61,464 nucleotides of DNA from Candidatus Falkowbacteria bacterium (GCA_003554785.1 PWHG01000006.1:1-61464), one strand, 5' to 3'. Positions 49,592 through 58,274 are shown, counted from the stretch's first letter. The notes: generated from the sequence alone by a model not told the origin. Numbers and translations are program-made.

Positions 49592-50152
49592 ATGAGTCAA
49601 ATTAAACTAAAAAAATCTAATATTGTTTGTCAGCTTGAAAGAAGGAGAAATATTAAAAATCTAAGTCTTTCTGTTTATCCTAGTGGAGAGGTAATTGTTA
49701 GGGCTCCTTATTTTTACCCTAAATTCTTAATTACTAAATTTCTAGAGAAAAAATCTAATTGGCTAATAAAAAAAATTAATAGTTTAAAAAACAATCAATT
49801 GCCAACAATTAGTCAAAAAACTAAAGCTGATTATCTAAAAGACAAAGAGAGAGCCAGAGAACTAATACTTGAACGCTTAAAATATTTCAATCAATACTAT
49901 AATTTTAAATTTGAGAAAGTAAGAATAAAGAATCAAAAAAGTACTTGGGGGTCTTGTTCTAAAAAAGCTAATTTAAACTTTAACTTTCGAATTCTATATT
50001 TATCTGATCAATTGCGTGACTATATAATCGTTCATGAATTATGTCATTTAAAGGAATTAAATCATTCAGCTAAATTTTGGAGTTTAGTTTCTTTAACTAT
50101 CCCTAATTACAAAATTTTAAGAAAGAATTTAAAGAAGGGAATTATTAATTAA
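49592..50152 (+). CDS. DUF45/YgjP-like (M48-related) zinc metallohydrolase
   Basis: WGSCS and HELCHLKELNHS (HExxH) motifs. 186 aa. Confidence 0.75.
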   Translation: MSQIKLKKSNIVCQLERRRNIKNLSLSVYPSGEVIVRAPYFYPKFLITKFLEKKSNWLIKKINSLKNNQLPTISQKTKADYLKDKERARELILERLKYFNQYYNFKFEKVRIKNQKSTWGSCSKKANLNFNFRILYLSDQLRDYIIVHELCHLKELNHSAKFWSLVSLTIPNYKILRKNLKKGIIN

Positions 50153-50176
50153 ATATCATTTATTTAATTATTTATA

Positions 50177-50205
50177 TTGACATTAATTTAAAAATATGCT
50201 AATAT
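50177..50205 (+). promoter_or_regulatory. Sigma70-type promoter of the SPFH operon (TTGACA-17-TAATAT)
   Basis: TTGACA at 50177-50182 and TAATAT at 50200-50205, leaving a leader of roughly 75 nt. Confidence 0.6.
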
Positions 50206-50287
50206 AAAATGTTAAAAATAATAATTAATATTTTTAACAATTGGACTTTAAAAATCAAATATAAACTAAATAAAGGAGGATGAAATT

Positions 50288-51388
50288 ATGAAAGAATCAA
50301 AAAAGTTAATGTTGCAGTTTCTAGGAATTAGTTTTGGAATTTTTCTTGTTATTGGAACGATTTCCAGTATCTTATGGGGAAGTATGATAATTATTTTTTC
50401 GTTGGTTATTTGGGCTATAATTTCTACAGTAACCGTTGTTAAGGCTTGGACACAAGTTCCACACAGATGGGTGTATGTCATCGAAAATTTTGGTGAGTAT
50501 TACACGATGATGGGCCCAGGCCTTCGTTTCGTTTTTCCTTGGTTCAATTTTTATGAAGTAAAACATAAAATTTTTACTGGAACCATGAAACTAGCTTTAT
50601 TCGACGATGTAGTTGAAGAAAGTGATGATTATCAAGGAGGTGTTGTGGACTTTAAGGATGAGTCTGCAAAAATTAAAGCTTTTCTTTTTATTCATGTTAG
50701 TAAGTATGAGATGACTGAAAAGGAAAAAGAAGGAAAAAGCAAAGAAGAAATAAAAGAAATACCTGATGAGCAAATTAAAATTTACAAGAAAGCCGCCTAC
50801 GAGACAAGCGATCCCATTGCCTACATTAAAGCCTCAGCAGAAGCGGCTCTAAGATCCTTTTTAGCTCAGTATGATCTTTTGGATGCTAATGAGCTTAAAT
50901 CTAATTTTGACCTCATTGAAGTAGCAAATATGATGGGACCAGATGATGTAAAATTGAGAAAAAAAGAAAAAAATGCTGGAGGTGATTGGCGAGAAACTCG
51001 TTTTGGAGAGAAAATGACCAATTGGGGATTTACTCCAACTAGTTTCATAATTACTGAGTTTCAATTTCCAGATCGAGTAATTGAACAAAGGGCCCGTCTT
51101 ATGAAGGCTGAGAAAGACGAAAAAATTGCTGAACACAGAAAGAATGAAAGCATCACTCTTTCTGAAGGTGAAGCAAAAGCTCTAAGAAATTTATCTCAAG
51201 CAAGAGCAGAGGAAGTTGATAAAATGGTAGAGAAAACCGGGGCCACAAAAGAAGAAGCTTTCTTGTTTATCGTTAATCGTCAAAAGTATGAAGCCCTGCA
51301 AAAAGCCGGTAATGTTACTTGGATTGCTGGAGCCGATGATGGTGAAGTAAAACGAGGAGGTGCTTTTGGAGCTGGCTTTAAAAGTTAA
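50288..51388 (+). CDS. SPFH/Band-7 (stomatin-prohibitin-flotillin) family membrane protein
   Basis: N-terminal TM helices. V.E..GEY.....PGLRFVFPW start of the SPFH domain. C-terminal coiled coil. GGAGG at 50275-50279, 8 nt before the ATG. Confidence 0.8.
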   Translation: MKESKKLMLQFLGISFGIFLVIGTISSILWGSMIIIFSLVIWAIISTVTVVKAWTQVPHRWVYVIENFGEYYTMMGPGLRFVFPWFNFYEVKHKIFTGTMKLALFDDVVEESDDYQGGVVDFKDESAKIKAFLFIHVSKYEMTEKEKEGKSKEEIKEIPDEQIKIYKKAAYETSDPIAYIKASAEAALRSFLAQYDLLDANELKSNFDLIEVANMMGPDDVKLRKKEKNAGGDWRETRFGEKMTNWGFTPTSFIITEFQFPDRVIEQRARLMKAEKDEKIAEHRKNESITLSEGEAKALRNLSQARAEEVDKMVEKTGATKEEAFLFIVNRQKYEALQKAGNVTWIAGADDGEVKRGGAFGAGFKS

Positions 51389-51402
51389 AAAAGGAGGTAA
51401 AA

Positions 51403-52074
51403 ATGTCAATAATAAATGTTGGATCATCGAAAAAAAAGAAAAAGAAGTCTGATTTAGACTTGGGCATAGACAAGGAAAAAATGACCAAGGAATCAGTTAG
51501 TATTGGTAAAAATATAGGTTTAGCATTTTTTGCGTTAGCTATTGCTATCGGTACCTACTTTTTCACCAAAAGTGTTCTCGTTCCCGACATAGCTATTTGG
51601 GCTCGGGAAATTATCTCACTCATTCTTTCTCTTCTTGTGCTAGCTGGATTTTCTGCAGTTAGTAAAGGAGAAAGTAAGATCGGAGGATCAGTTGTAATCT
51701 TTCTGTTTGCTATATTTATATGGCAAATGGTAAGTGGTTACTCTGACTATGATTTTTCTCAGGATCAAGAGAAGGATTCTACTATAACTTCATCAGAGGT
51801 TAGAGTGAGAACTCTTTATCCCAGGAAAGAGCCTTATGTGTTTAAATTAGATAGCATAGGTGACTCAACTGAGTGGATTGTTTTTCCAAAAGGAAATCTT
51901 TTTAATTATTATTTCACTTCTCACGATTTTGGTTTTAAAGTTGTGTTTAGTAATGGTGATAAATATCAGGTCCACGAAAATTTATGGATACCTGATAGAA
52001 AGCATCCGCAATTAAAATTGGTAGCAACAAGCTCAAACCAATTAATACAATTTACAGTAGAAAATAGAAATTAA
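51403..52074 (+). CDS. Membrane protein (3 TM helices plus beta-rich C-terminal domain), possible NfeD-like partner of the SPFH protein
   Basis: Starts 14 nt after the SPFH stop. GGAGG at 51393-51397, 5 nt before the ATG. No canonical NfeD motif recognised. Confidence 0.55.
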   Translation: MSIINVGSSKKKKKKSDLDLGIDKEKMTKESVSIGKNIGLAFFALAIAIGTYFFTKSVLVPDIAIWAREIISLILSLLVLAGFSAVSKGESKIGGSVVIFLFAIFIWQMVSGYSDYDFSQDQEKDSTITSSEVRVRTLYPRKEPYVFKLDSIGDSTEWIVFPKGNLFNYYFTSHDFGFKVVFSNGDKYQVHENLWIPDRKHPQLKLVATSSNQLIQFTVENRN

Positions 52075-52083
52075 CTGTAAATA

Positions 52084-52111
52084 AAAGGGTAATGAAAATT
52101 ACCCTTTTTTT
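52084..52111 (+). terminator. Terminator of the SPFH operon
   Basis: AAAGGGTAAT-gaaa-ATTACCCTTT followed by a T-run. Confidence 0.85.
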
Positions 52112-52154
52112 ATTTTAATTAAAATGGTATAATATATAATATAAAATAAAAAAT

Positions 52155-52550
52155 ATGAATTATAGGAAAATATTTATTTTAATTTCAATATTAATAATTA
52201 ATGTTTTAATTGTTAATATTACCTTAGCTCAACCTGGAGGTGGTGGTGATACAACCGATGCACCTGGAGGTGGTGCAGACACCAGCCCAACTACTCTAAC
52301 CAACCCTTTAGAAGAAAATTCGCCTGAAATTGTAATTGCTAATGTAATTAATACCGTTTTTGGAATAGTTGGTTCCTTGGCCCTTTTGATGTTTATATAT
52401 GGTGGCCTAACTTGGATGACTTCAGCAGGGAATAAGGAATCGGTTGATAAAGGAAAAAATATTATTAAATGGGCTGCTATTGGTTTAGTAATTATATTTA
52501 GTTCCTATGCTTTAGTCCGTTTCTTGATAACCGGAGTAGGAGCTGCTTAA
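52155..52550 (+). CDS. Small VirB2/TrbC-like pilin (type IV secretion-type pilin of the kind common in CPR genomes)
   Basis: Signal peptide, Gly/Thr-rich linker PGGGGDTTDAPGGGADTS, then two TM helices around the GGLTWMTSAGN..VDKGKN loop. Confidence 0.6.
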   Translation: MNYRKIFILISILIINVLIVNITLAQPGGGGDTTDAPGGGADTSPTTLTNPLEENSPEIVIANVINTVFGIVGSLALLMFIYGGLTWMTSAGNKESVDKGKNIIKWAAIGLVIIFSSYALVRFLITGVGAA

Positions 52551-52561
52551 AAATAATAAAA

Positions 52562-52589
52562 AAATCTCTTTTATGTTAAGGGATTTTTT
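52562..52589 (+). terminator. Terminator after the pilin-like gene
   Basis: AAATCTCTT-ttatgtt-AAGGGATTT (one G-T pair) followed by a T-run. Confidence 0.6.
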
Positions 52590-52595
52590 AATTGT

Positions 52596-52623
52596 TTGAC
52601 AATTACAGTTAAATCTATATAAT
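52596..52623 (+). promoter_or_regulatory. Consensus sigma70 promoter of tRNA-Tyr (TTGACA-16-TATAAT)
   Basis: TTGACA at 52596-52601 and TATAAT at 52618-52623. The tRNA starts at 52639. Confidence 0.7.
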
Positions 52624-52638
52624 AATAACAGATTTATT

Positions 52639-52722
52639 GGGTCGGTACCGAAGCGGTCAAACGGGGCAGACTGTAAATCTGCTGGCTTTATGCCTTCGTT
52701 GGTTCGAATCCATCCCGGCCCA
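52639..52722 (+). tRNA. tRNA-Tyr (anticodon GUA), long variable arm
   Basis: Acceptor GGGTCGG/CCGGCCC, anticodon stem GCAGA/TCTGC, loop CTGTAAA, long extra arm, T-loop TTCGAAT. Confidence 0.9.
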
Positions 52723-52726
52723 CAAG

Positions 52727-52750
52727 AAAATACCAATATTGGTATTTTTT
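52727..52750 (+). terminator. Terminator after tRNA-Tyr
   Basis: AATACCA-atat-TGGTATT followed by a T7 run. Confidence 0.75.
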
Positions 52751-52894
52751 TATTTTTATGGTATTATTTAAAAGAATTTAAATTATATGCCAGTAATTGA
52801 TCCAAATAATATAGGGTTAAGTTTAATTAAAATTTTTACTGTTGAAGCAGTGCTTGCAACTATTATTTTAATTTTGCTTTTAATTCTTTAAACT

Positions 52895-53773
52895 ATGCCT
52901 GAGTTACCTGAGGTAGAAACGGTGCGCCGTGATTTAAATAGTCGCTTAATAGGTCAGCGTTTTTTAAAAGTAGAAGTTTATGATTTTAAAAATGTCGCCC
53001 CATCGGCGACTTTTTTGGCTAAAAATTTAGTGGGTTTAAAAATAAAGGAATTTAGTAGAAGAGGAAAGTTATTAATTGTTAATTTTTCTAAATCTGATTT
53101 TAAATTATTGATTCATTTAAAAATGACTGGACAATTAATATATGAAGATAGAAAAGATTTACTAGCTGGTGGTCATAGTTTATCTGAAAGCTCTTTAAAG
53201 GATTCAATTGGGGGTGATTTACCCAACCGCTTTACTCGTGTATTTTTTGAACTTTCATCTTCAAAACTTTTTTTCAATGATTTAAGAAAGTTTGGTTATA
53301 TTAAATTAATTAAGGAAGAGGAGTTAAAGAGAGTATTGCAAATTGCTTACGGCCCAGAGCCATTTGATAAAGAGTTTAGTTTGAAGTTCTTAAAGGACTT
53401 GTTGTCACGTCATAAAATATCTATAAAAGCACTACTTTTAAAGCAAGAAGCGATTGCTGGACTGGGAAATATTTATGTTGATGAGTCTTTATTTCTAGCT
53501 AAAATAAAGCCAAATCGTTTATGTAGTAGTTTAAAAGTTGAAGAGATAAAGAATTTACGTCTAGCTATTTTAAAGGTTCTTAAAAAAGCAATTGAAAAAC
53601 GGGGAACTACTTTTAGTAATTTTGTTGATACAAAAGGTGAAGGTGGAAATTATTCTCAGTATTTAAAAGTTTTCAATCGCCAAGGAGAAAATTGTTTAGT
53701 TTGTAGAGAAAAAATAGTTAAAATTAAATTAGCAGGTAGGGGAACTCATTATTGTCCTAAATGTCAGAAATAA
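52895..53773 (+). CDS. mutM: Formamidopyrimidine-DNA glycosylase
   Basis: MPELPEVE N-terminus, H2TH region, C-terminal zinc finger CLVC..(17 aa)..CPKC. Confidence 0.95.
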   Translation: MPELPEVETVRRDLNSRLIGQRFLKVEVYDFKNVAPSATFLAKNLVGLKIKEFSRRGKLLIVNFSKSDFKLLIHLKMTGQLIYEDRKDLLAGGHSLSESSLKDSIGGDLPNRFTRVFFELSSSKLFFNDLRKFGYIKLIKEEELKRVLQIAYGPEPFDKEFSLKFLKDLLSRHKISIKALLLKQEAIAGLGNIYVDESLFLAKIKPNRLCSSLKVEEIKNLRLAILKVLKKAIEKRGTTFSNFVDTKGEGGNYSQYLKVFNRQGENCLVCREKIVKIKLAGRGTHYCPKCQK

Positions 53774-53849
53774 TAATTTGACTTTTGTTGATTTTTTATC
53801 TATTTTATAATTAGATTTATTAAAAATATTAGTTATAATCTGAAACTAT

Positions 53850-54005
53850 ATGTCACAAGATAATATGATAAAGTTGGAATGTGTTGATTGTAAAAGAATT
53901 AATTACCATTCCCGTAAAAACAAAAAAGTTTTAAAAGACCGATTAGAGTTAAAGAAGTTTTGTGCTTTTTGTAAAAACCATACTTTACATAAAGAAACTA
54001 AGTAA
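53850..54005 (+). CDS. rpmG: 50S ribosomal protein L33 (not in the supplied ORF track)
   Basis: 51 aa: [51 protein letters not shown]. Carries the C..C...C..C zinc ribbon and the RLELKK(F/Y)C...K.HT.HKE(T)K signature. Confidence 0.9.
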   Translation: MSQDNMIKLECVDCKRINYHSRKNKKVLKDRLELKKFCAFCKNHTLHKETK

Positions 54006-54055
54006 TATAATCCGATATATAACGGATATTATTAATTATCGGACAAATTTAATTT

Positions 54056-55174
54056 ATGTCCAAAAACTTAACTAGGCCCTTTTTATTAATCCTTTTAGCC
54101 ATTGCTTTAGTGGCTGTTTTTCTTATATTTAGACCTTTTTTAACAGAAATTTTAGTAGCTGCAATTTTGGTTTCAGTTTTTTATACTTACTATGAAAGAT
54201 TGCTTAAGCTTTTAAAAGGAAGACGTCATTTAGCTTCACTTTTAATGTGTATTTTACTAGTGGTTTTAATAATATTGCCACTGGCGCGCCTAATTGTTTA
54301 TGCTGGGCAGGAATCTACACAAGCATACACTCAAGCAGTTAGTTTTTTTAATCAATACACTATTGATGATGTTTTCACCATTGGTCCTTTAGCATCACTT
54401 GATTTTATTGAACAAGAAAATGTTGTTGAAGATTTCTTTTTAGATATTTTAGGAAAAACTAGTGATTGGATGATGGAGGGAGCTACAATTTTTCTAAAGG
54501 AAACTACAAACTTTCTTATCTCTTTAATTTTAATAGTGATTAGCATGTACTTTTTCTTTATTGATGGAAAAAAGCTTTTGGAAAAGCTAATGTATTTATC
54601 ACCACTTCCCAATAAATATGATAAGGAGATTTTTCGTAAATTCAGAGATGTTAGTTATTCTGGCATGATTGCTACCTTTGTTACTGCTGTTGGCCAAGGT
54701 ATAGTCGGTGCAATTGGTTTTGCTATCGTTGGCTTTCCCGCCCTGTTTGCTGGTGTTATTGTTGGTTTATTGTCCCTTTTACCCTATATTGGTTCAATGA
54801 TTTTTTATATCCCTATGGGCTTATATTACCTACTATCTGGTCAAATTTGGGAAGGTGTATTTATACTTGCTTGGGGAATTATAGTTATTGGCAACACTGA
54901 TCATTTAATACGGGCATTAATGATAAAAGGTAAAGCGCAAGTTAATCCAATTTTCATAATTCTTTCAATCTTTGGGGGTATTATGATATTTGGTTTCTGG
55001 GGCGTAGTTTTGGGACCATTAATTATTGCCATAATTGTTACAATATTCCATATTTATGAACTCGAATATTGTGGTGACTTAGATGTTTCAGATTGTGATG
55101 ATTATTTTGATAAAAAAGAGAAAGTAAAGAAGAAGGAGATAAAAAAAATAAAAAAGAAATTAAAAAATAATTAA
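54056..55174 (+). CDS. AI-2E family transporter (PerM/UPF0118)
   Basis: 372 aa, 7-8 TM helices, family-typical arrangement with a Lys-rich tail. Confidence 0.7.
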   Translation: MSKNLTRPFLLILLAIALVAVFLIFRPFLTEILVAAILVSVFYTYYERLLKLLKGRRHLASLLMCILLVVLIILPLARLIVYAGQESTQAYTQAVSFFNQYTIDDVFTIGPLASLDFIEQENVVEDFFLDILGKTSDWMMEGATIFLKETTNFLISLILIVISMYFFFIDGKKLLEKLMYLSPLPNKYDKEIFRKFRDVSYSGMIATFVTAVGQGIVGAIGFAIVGFPALFAGVIVGLLSLLPYIGSMIFYIPMGLYYLLSGQIWEGVFILAWGIIVIGNTDHLIRALMIKGKAQVNPIFIILSIFGGIMIFGFWGVVLGPLIIAIIVTIFHIYELEYCGDLDVSDCDDYFDKKEKVKKKEIKKIKKKLKNN

Positions 55175-55185
55175 TAATTAAAATT

Positions 55186-55719
55186 ATGTTAGGAGAAAAA
55201 ACTAAAAAAAACTTAGAAGAAGCATTTGCTGGTGAATCAATGGCTCGCACTAAATATGACTATTGGGCTAAAACTGCCAGAAAAAATGGCTATGTTCAAA
55301 TGTCTAAAGTTTTTGAAGAAACTGCTCTTAATGAAAAAGAGCATGCCAAGATGTGGGCCAAACAACTAGGAATTGTCAGTGGCGATACTAAAAAAGACTT
55401 AGAGGAAGCGATTAAAGGAGAGGTATATGAATATACTGATATGTATCAAAGAATGGCTAGCGAGGCAGACGAAGAAGGTCACGCTGACATTGCTGAACTT
55501 TTTAGACACGTCGCTACTGCAGAATCAGCTCATGCTGAACGTTATAAGAAATTATTGGAAAATATAGAAAAAGAAGAAGTTTTCAAAAAATCCGAGCCAA
55601 AACGTTGGAAATGCAATAACTGTGGCTATATTCATGAAAGCAGTGAAGAGGCACCAGAGATTTGTCCATCCTGTCTTCACCCTCAAGCTCATTTTGAAGT
55701 ATTTGTAGAAACCTACTAA
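55186..55719 (+). CDS. rbr: Rubrerythrin
   Basis: Ferritin-like di-iron ligand motifs (EKEHAKMW, ESAHAERY) plus a C-terminal rubredoxin CNNCG..(15 aa)..CPSC. Confidence 0.9.
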   Translation: MLGEKTKKNLEEAFAGESMARTKYDYWAKTARKNGYVQMSKVFEETALNEKEHAKMWAKQLGIVSGDTKKDLEEAIKGEVYEYTDMYQRMASEADEEGHADIAELFRHVATAESAHAERYKKLLENIEKEEVFKKSEPKRWKCNNCGYIHESSEEAPEICPSCLHPQAHFEVFVETY

Positions 55720-55812
55720 AAAACATTTAGTTAGAAATAAAGGGTTGTTATAAAGACAACTCTCTATTGTTTATTTAAGTTTTCTTCAGCTGACTTTTGA
55801 TATAATTAAGGA

Positions 55813-56457
55813 ATGAAAAAGTTTCTTAAACCAAAAGCTTTACTTTTAAGAAAACAAGGTCATTCCTTCAGGGAAATCAGCTTGATTTTAAGAATATCCA
55901 AAAGTACCGCTTCCTTGTGGACCAGCCAAGAGCCCTTAAGCCAATTGGCTCAAAAGAGAATAAGGGAGCTGGGGGAGCTTGGGCGCCAGCGAGCTCGAAA
56001 AACTAATCAGCGAAAACGAATTAAACTTTGGGAGGAGATTAATAAAGCTTGCCCAGTCTTAAAAAACAAAGCTTACGGTCAAGATGAATACAAGATATTT
56101 TTAGCTTTATTGTATTGGGGAGAAGGAGCTAAAACCGGATATATGGTTGATTTTATAAATTCCGATCAAGAGATGATAAGAGTGTATCTTTTTTTATTAA
56201 GAAAATGTTTTTTTATTCAAGAGAGTAAATTAAGAGTCAGATTACATCTTCATGAATACCATAATCAAAAGGAAATGATTAGCTTCTGGTCAAAGGTTTG
56301 CTCTATTCCCAAAAATCAGCTTTCTGTATATAATAAAGCTCATACTGGAAAAAATAAGAAGAAAGATTATAAGGGATGCTTGTCAATTCGCTATGGAGAT
56401 AGTAGAATACTAAAAGAGATTTTTATAATAATTAATCGTTTGGGAAAATTATCTTAA
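55813..56457 (+). CDS. HTH-containing protein, possibly a free-standing LAGLIDADG-like homing endonuclease
   Basis: N-terminal resolvase-type HTH (GHSFREISLILRISKSTASLW). FLALLYWGEGAK resembles a LAGLIDADG block with Glu in place of Asp. Visibly G+C-richer than its neighbours. Confidence 0.4.
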   Translation: MKKFLKPKALLLRKQGHSFREISLILRISKSTASLWTSQEPLSQLAQKRIRELGELGRQRARKTNQRKRIKLWEEINKACPVLKNKAYGQDEYKIFLALLYWGEGAKTGYMVDFINSDQEMIRVYLFLLRKCFFIQESKLRVRLHLHEYHNQKEMISFWSKVCSIPKNQLSVYNKAHTGKNKKKDYKGCLSIRYGDSRILKEIFIIINRLGKLS

Positions 56458-56462
56458 TATTT

Positions 56463-56533
56463 GCGGGATTGGTGTAGTGGTAACATGCGACTCTCCAAAA
56501 GTTGAGACGGGGGTTCGATTCCCTCATCCCGTG
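56463..56533 (+). tRNA. tRNA-Trp (anticodon CCA)
   Basis: Acceptor GCGGGAT/ATCCCGT, anticodon stem CGACT/AGTTG, loop CTCCAAA, T-loop TTCGATT. Confidence 0.9.
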
Positions 56534-56541
56534 CATTTGAC

Positions 56542-56571
56542 AAAAATATAGCAATTACGCTATATTTTTTT
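56542..56571 (+). terminator. Terminator after tRNA-Trp
   Basis: AAAAATATAGC-aattac-GCTATATTTTT followed by a T-run. Confidence 0.8.
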
Positions 56572-56640
56572 GTTGTTCATAAAAATTATTGTTTAACTAA
56601 AAAAGAAAAATAGTGATAAAAAAAGAAGATTTTGCAGTCA

Positions 56641-57098
56641 ATGCTATTTTTTGCTAATCTTTTGGAAAAAGAGATAATGGGCTTGGATTAAGCAATGAAT
56701 TTCTAATAGATAAAATTTTAGAATTTTATAAAAACAAGCCTTTGCCACTTATAATCCAAAAAGATTGTGCAGACTATTTACCAAAAAACATTAACGTTGA
56801 TAAAGTTATTAGTCAACATAGAATTTTTGGAAAATATTTAGACACAAGGGAAGTGATTAGACAATGCGTTAAATATTGTGCTGATCATGGTTACAAAAAA
56901 GTATTAGTTTTTGCTCATCCTGACCATTAAAAAAGAGTTAGGAAAAACCTTAAACATCAAGGACTTGAGTTTGAGATAGCTGATACTATTTTATGTCCAT
57001 ATGATCCAAAATCATCACAATGGTGGACAAGGAATAAAATTTTTTTCATGCTAAGGGAGGTAATGGTTTTCTTTTATGATTTAATTATTAAACAATGA
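56641..57098 (+). pseudogene. Decayed DUF218 (SanA/YdcF)-like gene: N-terminal frameshift plus an in-frame TAA
   Basis: The frame holding ..KVLVFAHPDH stops at TAA 56928-56930, then stays open for 55 more codons (KRVRKNLKHQGLEF..WWTRNKIFFMLREV..) to TGA 57096-57098. The only upstream ATG (56641) is in another frame. Confidence 0.6.
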
Positions 57099-57319
57099 GG
57101 TCAAGAAATAAACGGCCTCTTTTTTTATTAGATAATTTTAGTATAACGATTAAGAAATAATTTCAAATAAAAATATTTTAAAAATGATGAACTATAAATT
57201 AAACAAAAATTAGCAGTAGATATTATTAAATATTATATATGTTGATAAATTAAAGCAGGAAAACTTAATTTGTTGACATTATCATTCTTCACTTTGAAAC
57301 TTTATATTATATAATAATA

Positions 57320-57348
57320 TTGACAAACTTTATAAAGTTTTATATAAT
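57320..57348 (+). promoter_or_regulatory. Perfect consensus promoter (TTGACA-17-TATAAT) of the Fic gene with a 14-nt palindromic operator in the spacer
   Basis: TTGACA at 57320-57325, TATAAT at 57343-57348, palindrome AACTTTATAAAGTT at 57326-57339. The ATG lies 8 nt after the -10. Confidence 0.75.
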
Positions 57349-57356
57349 TAACTTGT

Positions 57357-58274
57357 ATGAAAATAAATGAAAAATTAAAACTAATTAAAAAACTATCAGG
57401 ATTAACTCAAGAATCTTTAGCAAAAGAACTGGAAGTTTCTTTTGTTACTGTTAATAGTTGGATAAACGATAAGTCTATTCCGCACAAGAAAAAACAAGAT
57501 AAAATTGATGAGCTGTATAGAAAATATACCGGTGAAAACGTGATACCTGAAAGTGAATTAATAGCCAAGAAAAGTTTATTGTACAAAAAAAGAAGAGATA
57601 ATAAAAATATAATAAATAAAATAATTAATAGAGATGATTTATTAAAAGAATTTATTCTTCAATTAACTTATAACTCAAATAGTATAGAAGGTAGTACTTT
57701 GACCCAAGAAGATACAGAAGCAATTTTATTTCGCAATGAAAATATAAAAAATAGAAGTTTAATTGAACATTTAGAAGCTAAAAATCATCAGGCTGTTTTA
57801 AGATATTTATTTAAAATAATAACTAGTAATTTAAAGATAGATGAGTTATTAATACTAAAGTTTCATAGTATTTTAATGAATGGTATTTATGATGATACCG
57901 GTATGTATAGGTCTCATGGGGTTCGCATACTTGGTTCAAATGTGCCGACTGCTAATTACTTAAAAATTCCTGATTTGATGAAGGATTTATTTAAGGATAT
58001 AAATAAAAAGTGTGATGATCCTATAGTTCATATAACTAAGATACATAGCAAGTTTGAGCAGATTCATCCTTTTTCTGATGGAAATGGTCGAATTGGACGT
58101 ATAATGATGGTAGCTATGCTTCTTAGAGATAATTTTGCCCCAGCTATTATTAGCCAGGAAAATAAAAGTTTTTATTATAAGTATTTACAAAAATCTCAAA
58201 TTAAGCAGGAATTTAATTTGTTAGAGAACTTTATTTGTGATTCAATTTTGAAGGCTTATAAAATAATAGAATAA
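57357..58274 (+). CDS. HTH(XRE)-Fic domain protein (class II Fic with an internal inhibitory motif)
   Basis: N-terminal HTH LSGLTQESLAKELEVSFVTVNSW. Inhibitory S..xE(G) motif SNSIEG. Fic core HPFSDGNGRIGR. Confidence 0.9.
   Translation: MKINEKLKLIKKLSGLTQESLAKELEVSFVTVNSWINDKSIPHKKKQDKIDELYRKYTGENVIPESELIAKKSLLYKKRRDNKNIINKIINRDDLLKEFILQLTYNSNSIEGSTLTQEDTEAILFRNENIKNRSLIEHLEAKNHQAVLRYLFKIITSNLKIDELLILKFHSILMNGIYDDTGMYRSHGVRILGSNVPTANYLKIPDLMKDLFKDINKKCDDPIVHITKIHSKFEQIHPFSDGNGRIGRIMMVAMLLRDNFAPAIISQENKSFYYKYLQKSQIKQEFNLLENFICDSILKAYKIIE

Noticed and set aside
52787-52891. 34-codon ORF encoding a single hydrophobic helix (MPVIDPNNIGLSLIKIFTVEAVLATIILILLLIL), 3 nt upstream of mutM
   Set aside because: It could be a small membrane peptide or an upstream ORF. 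There is no independent support from the sequence alone.
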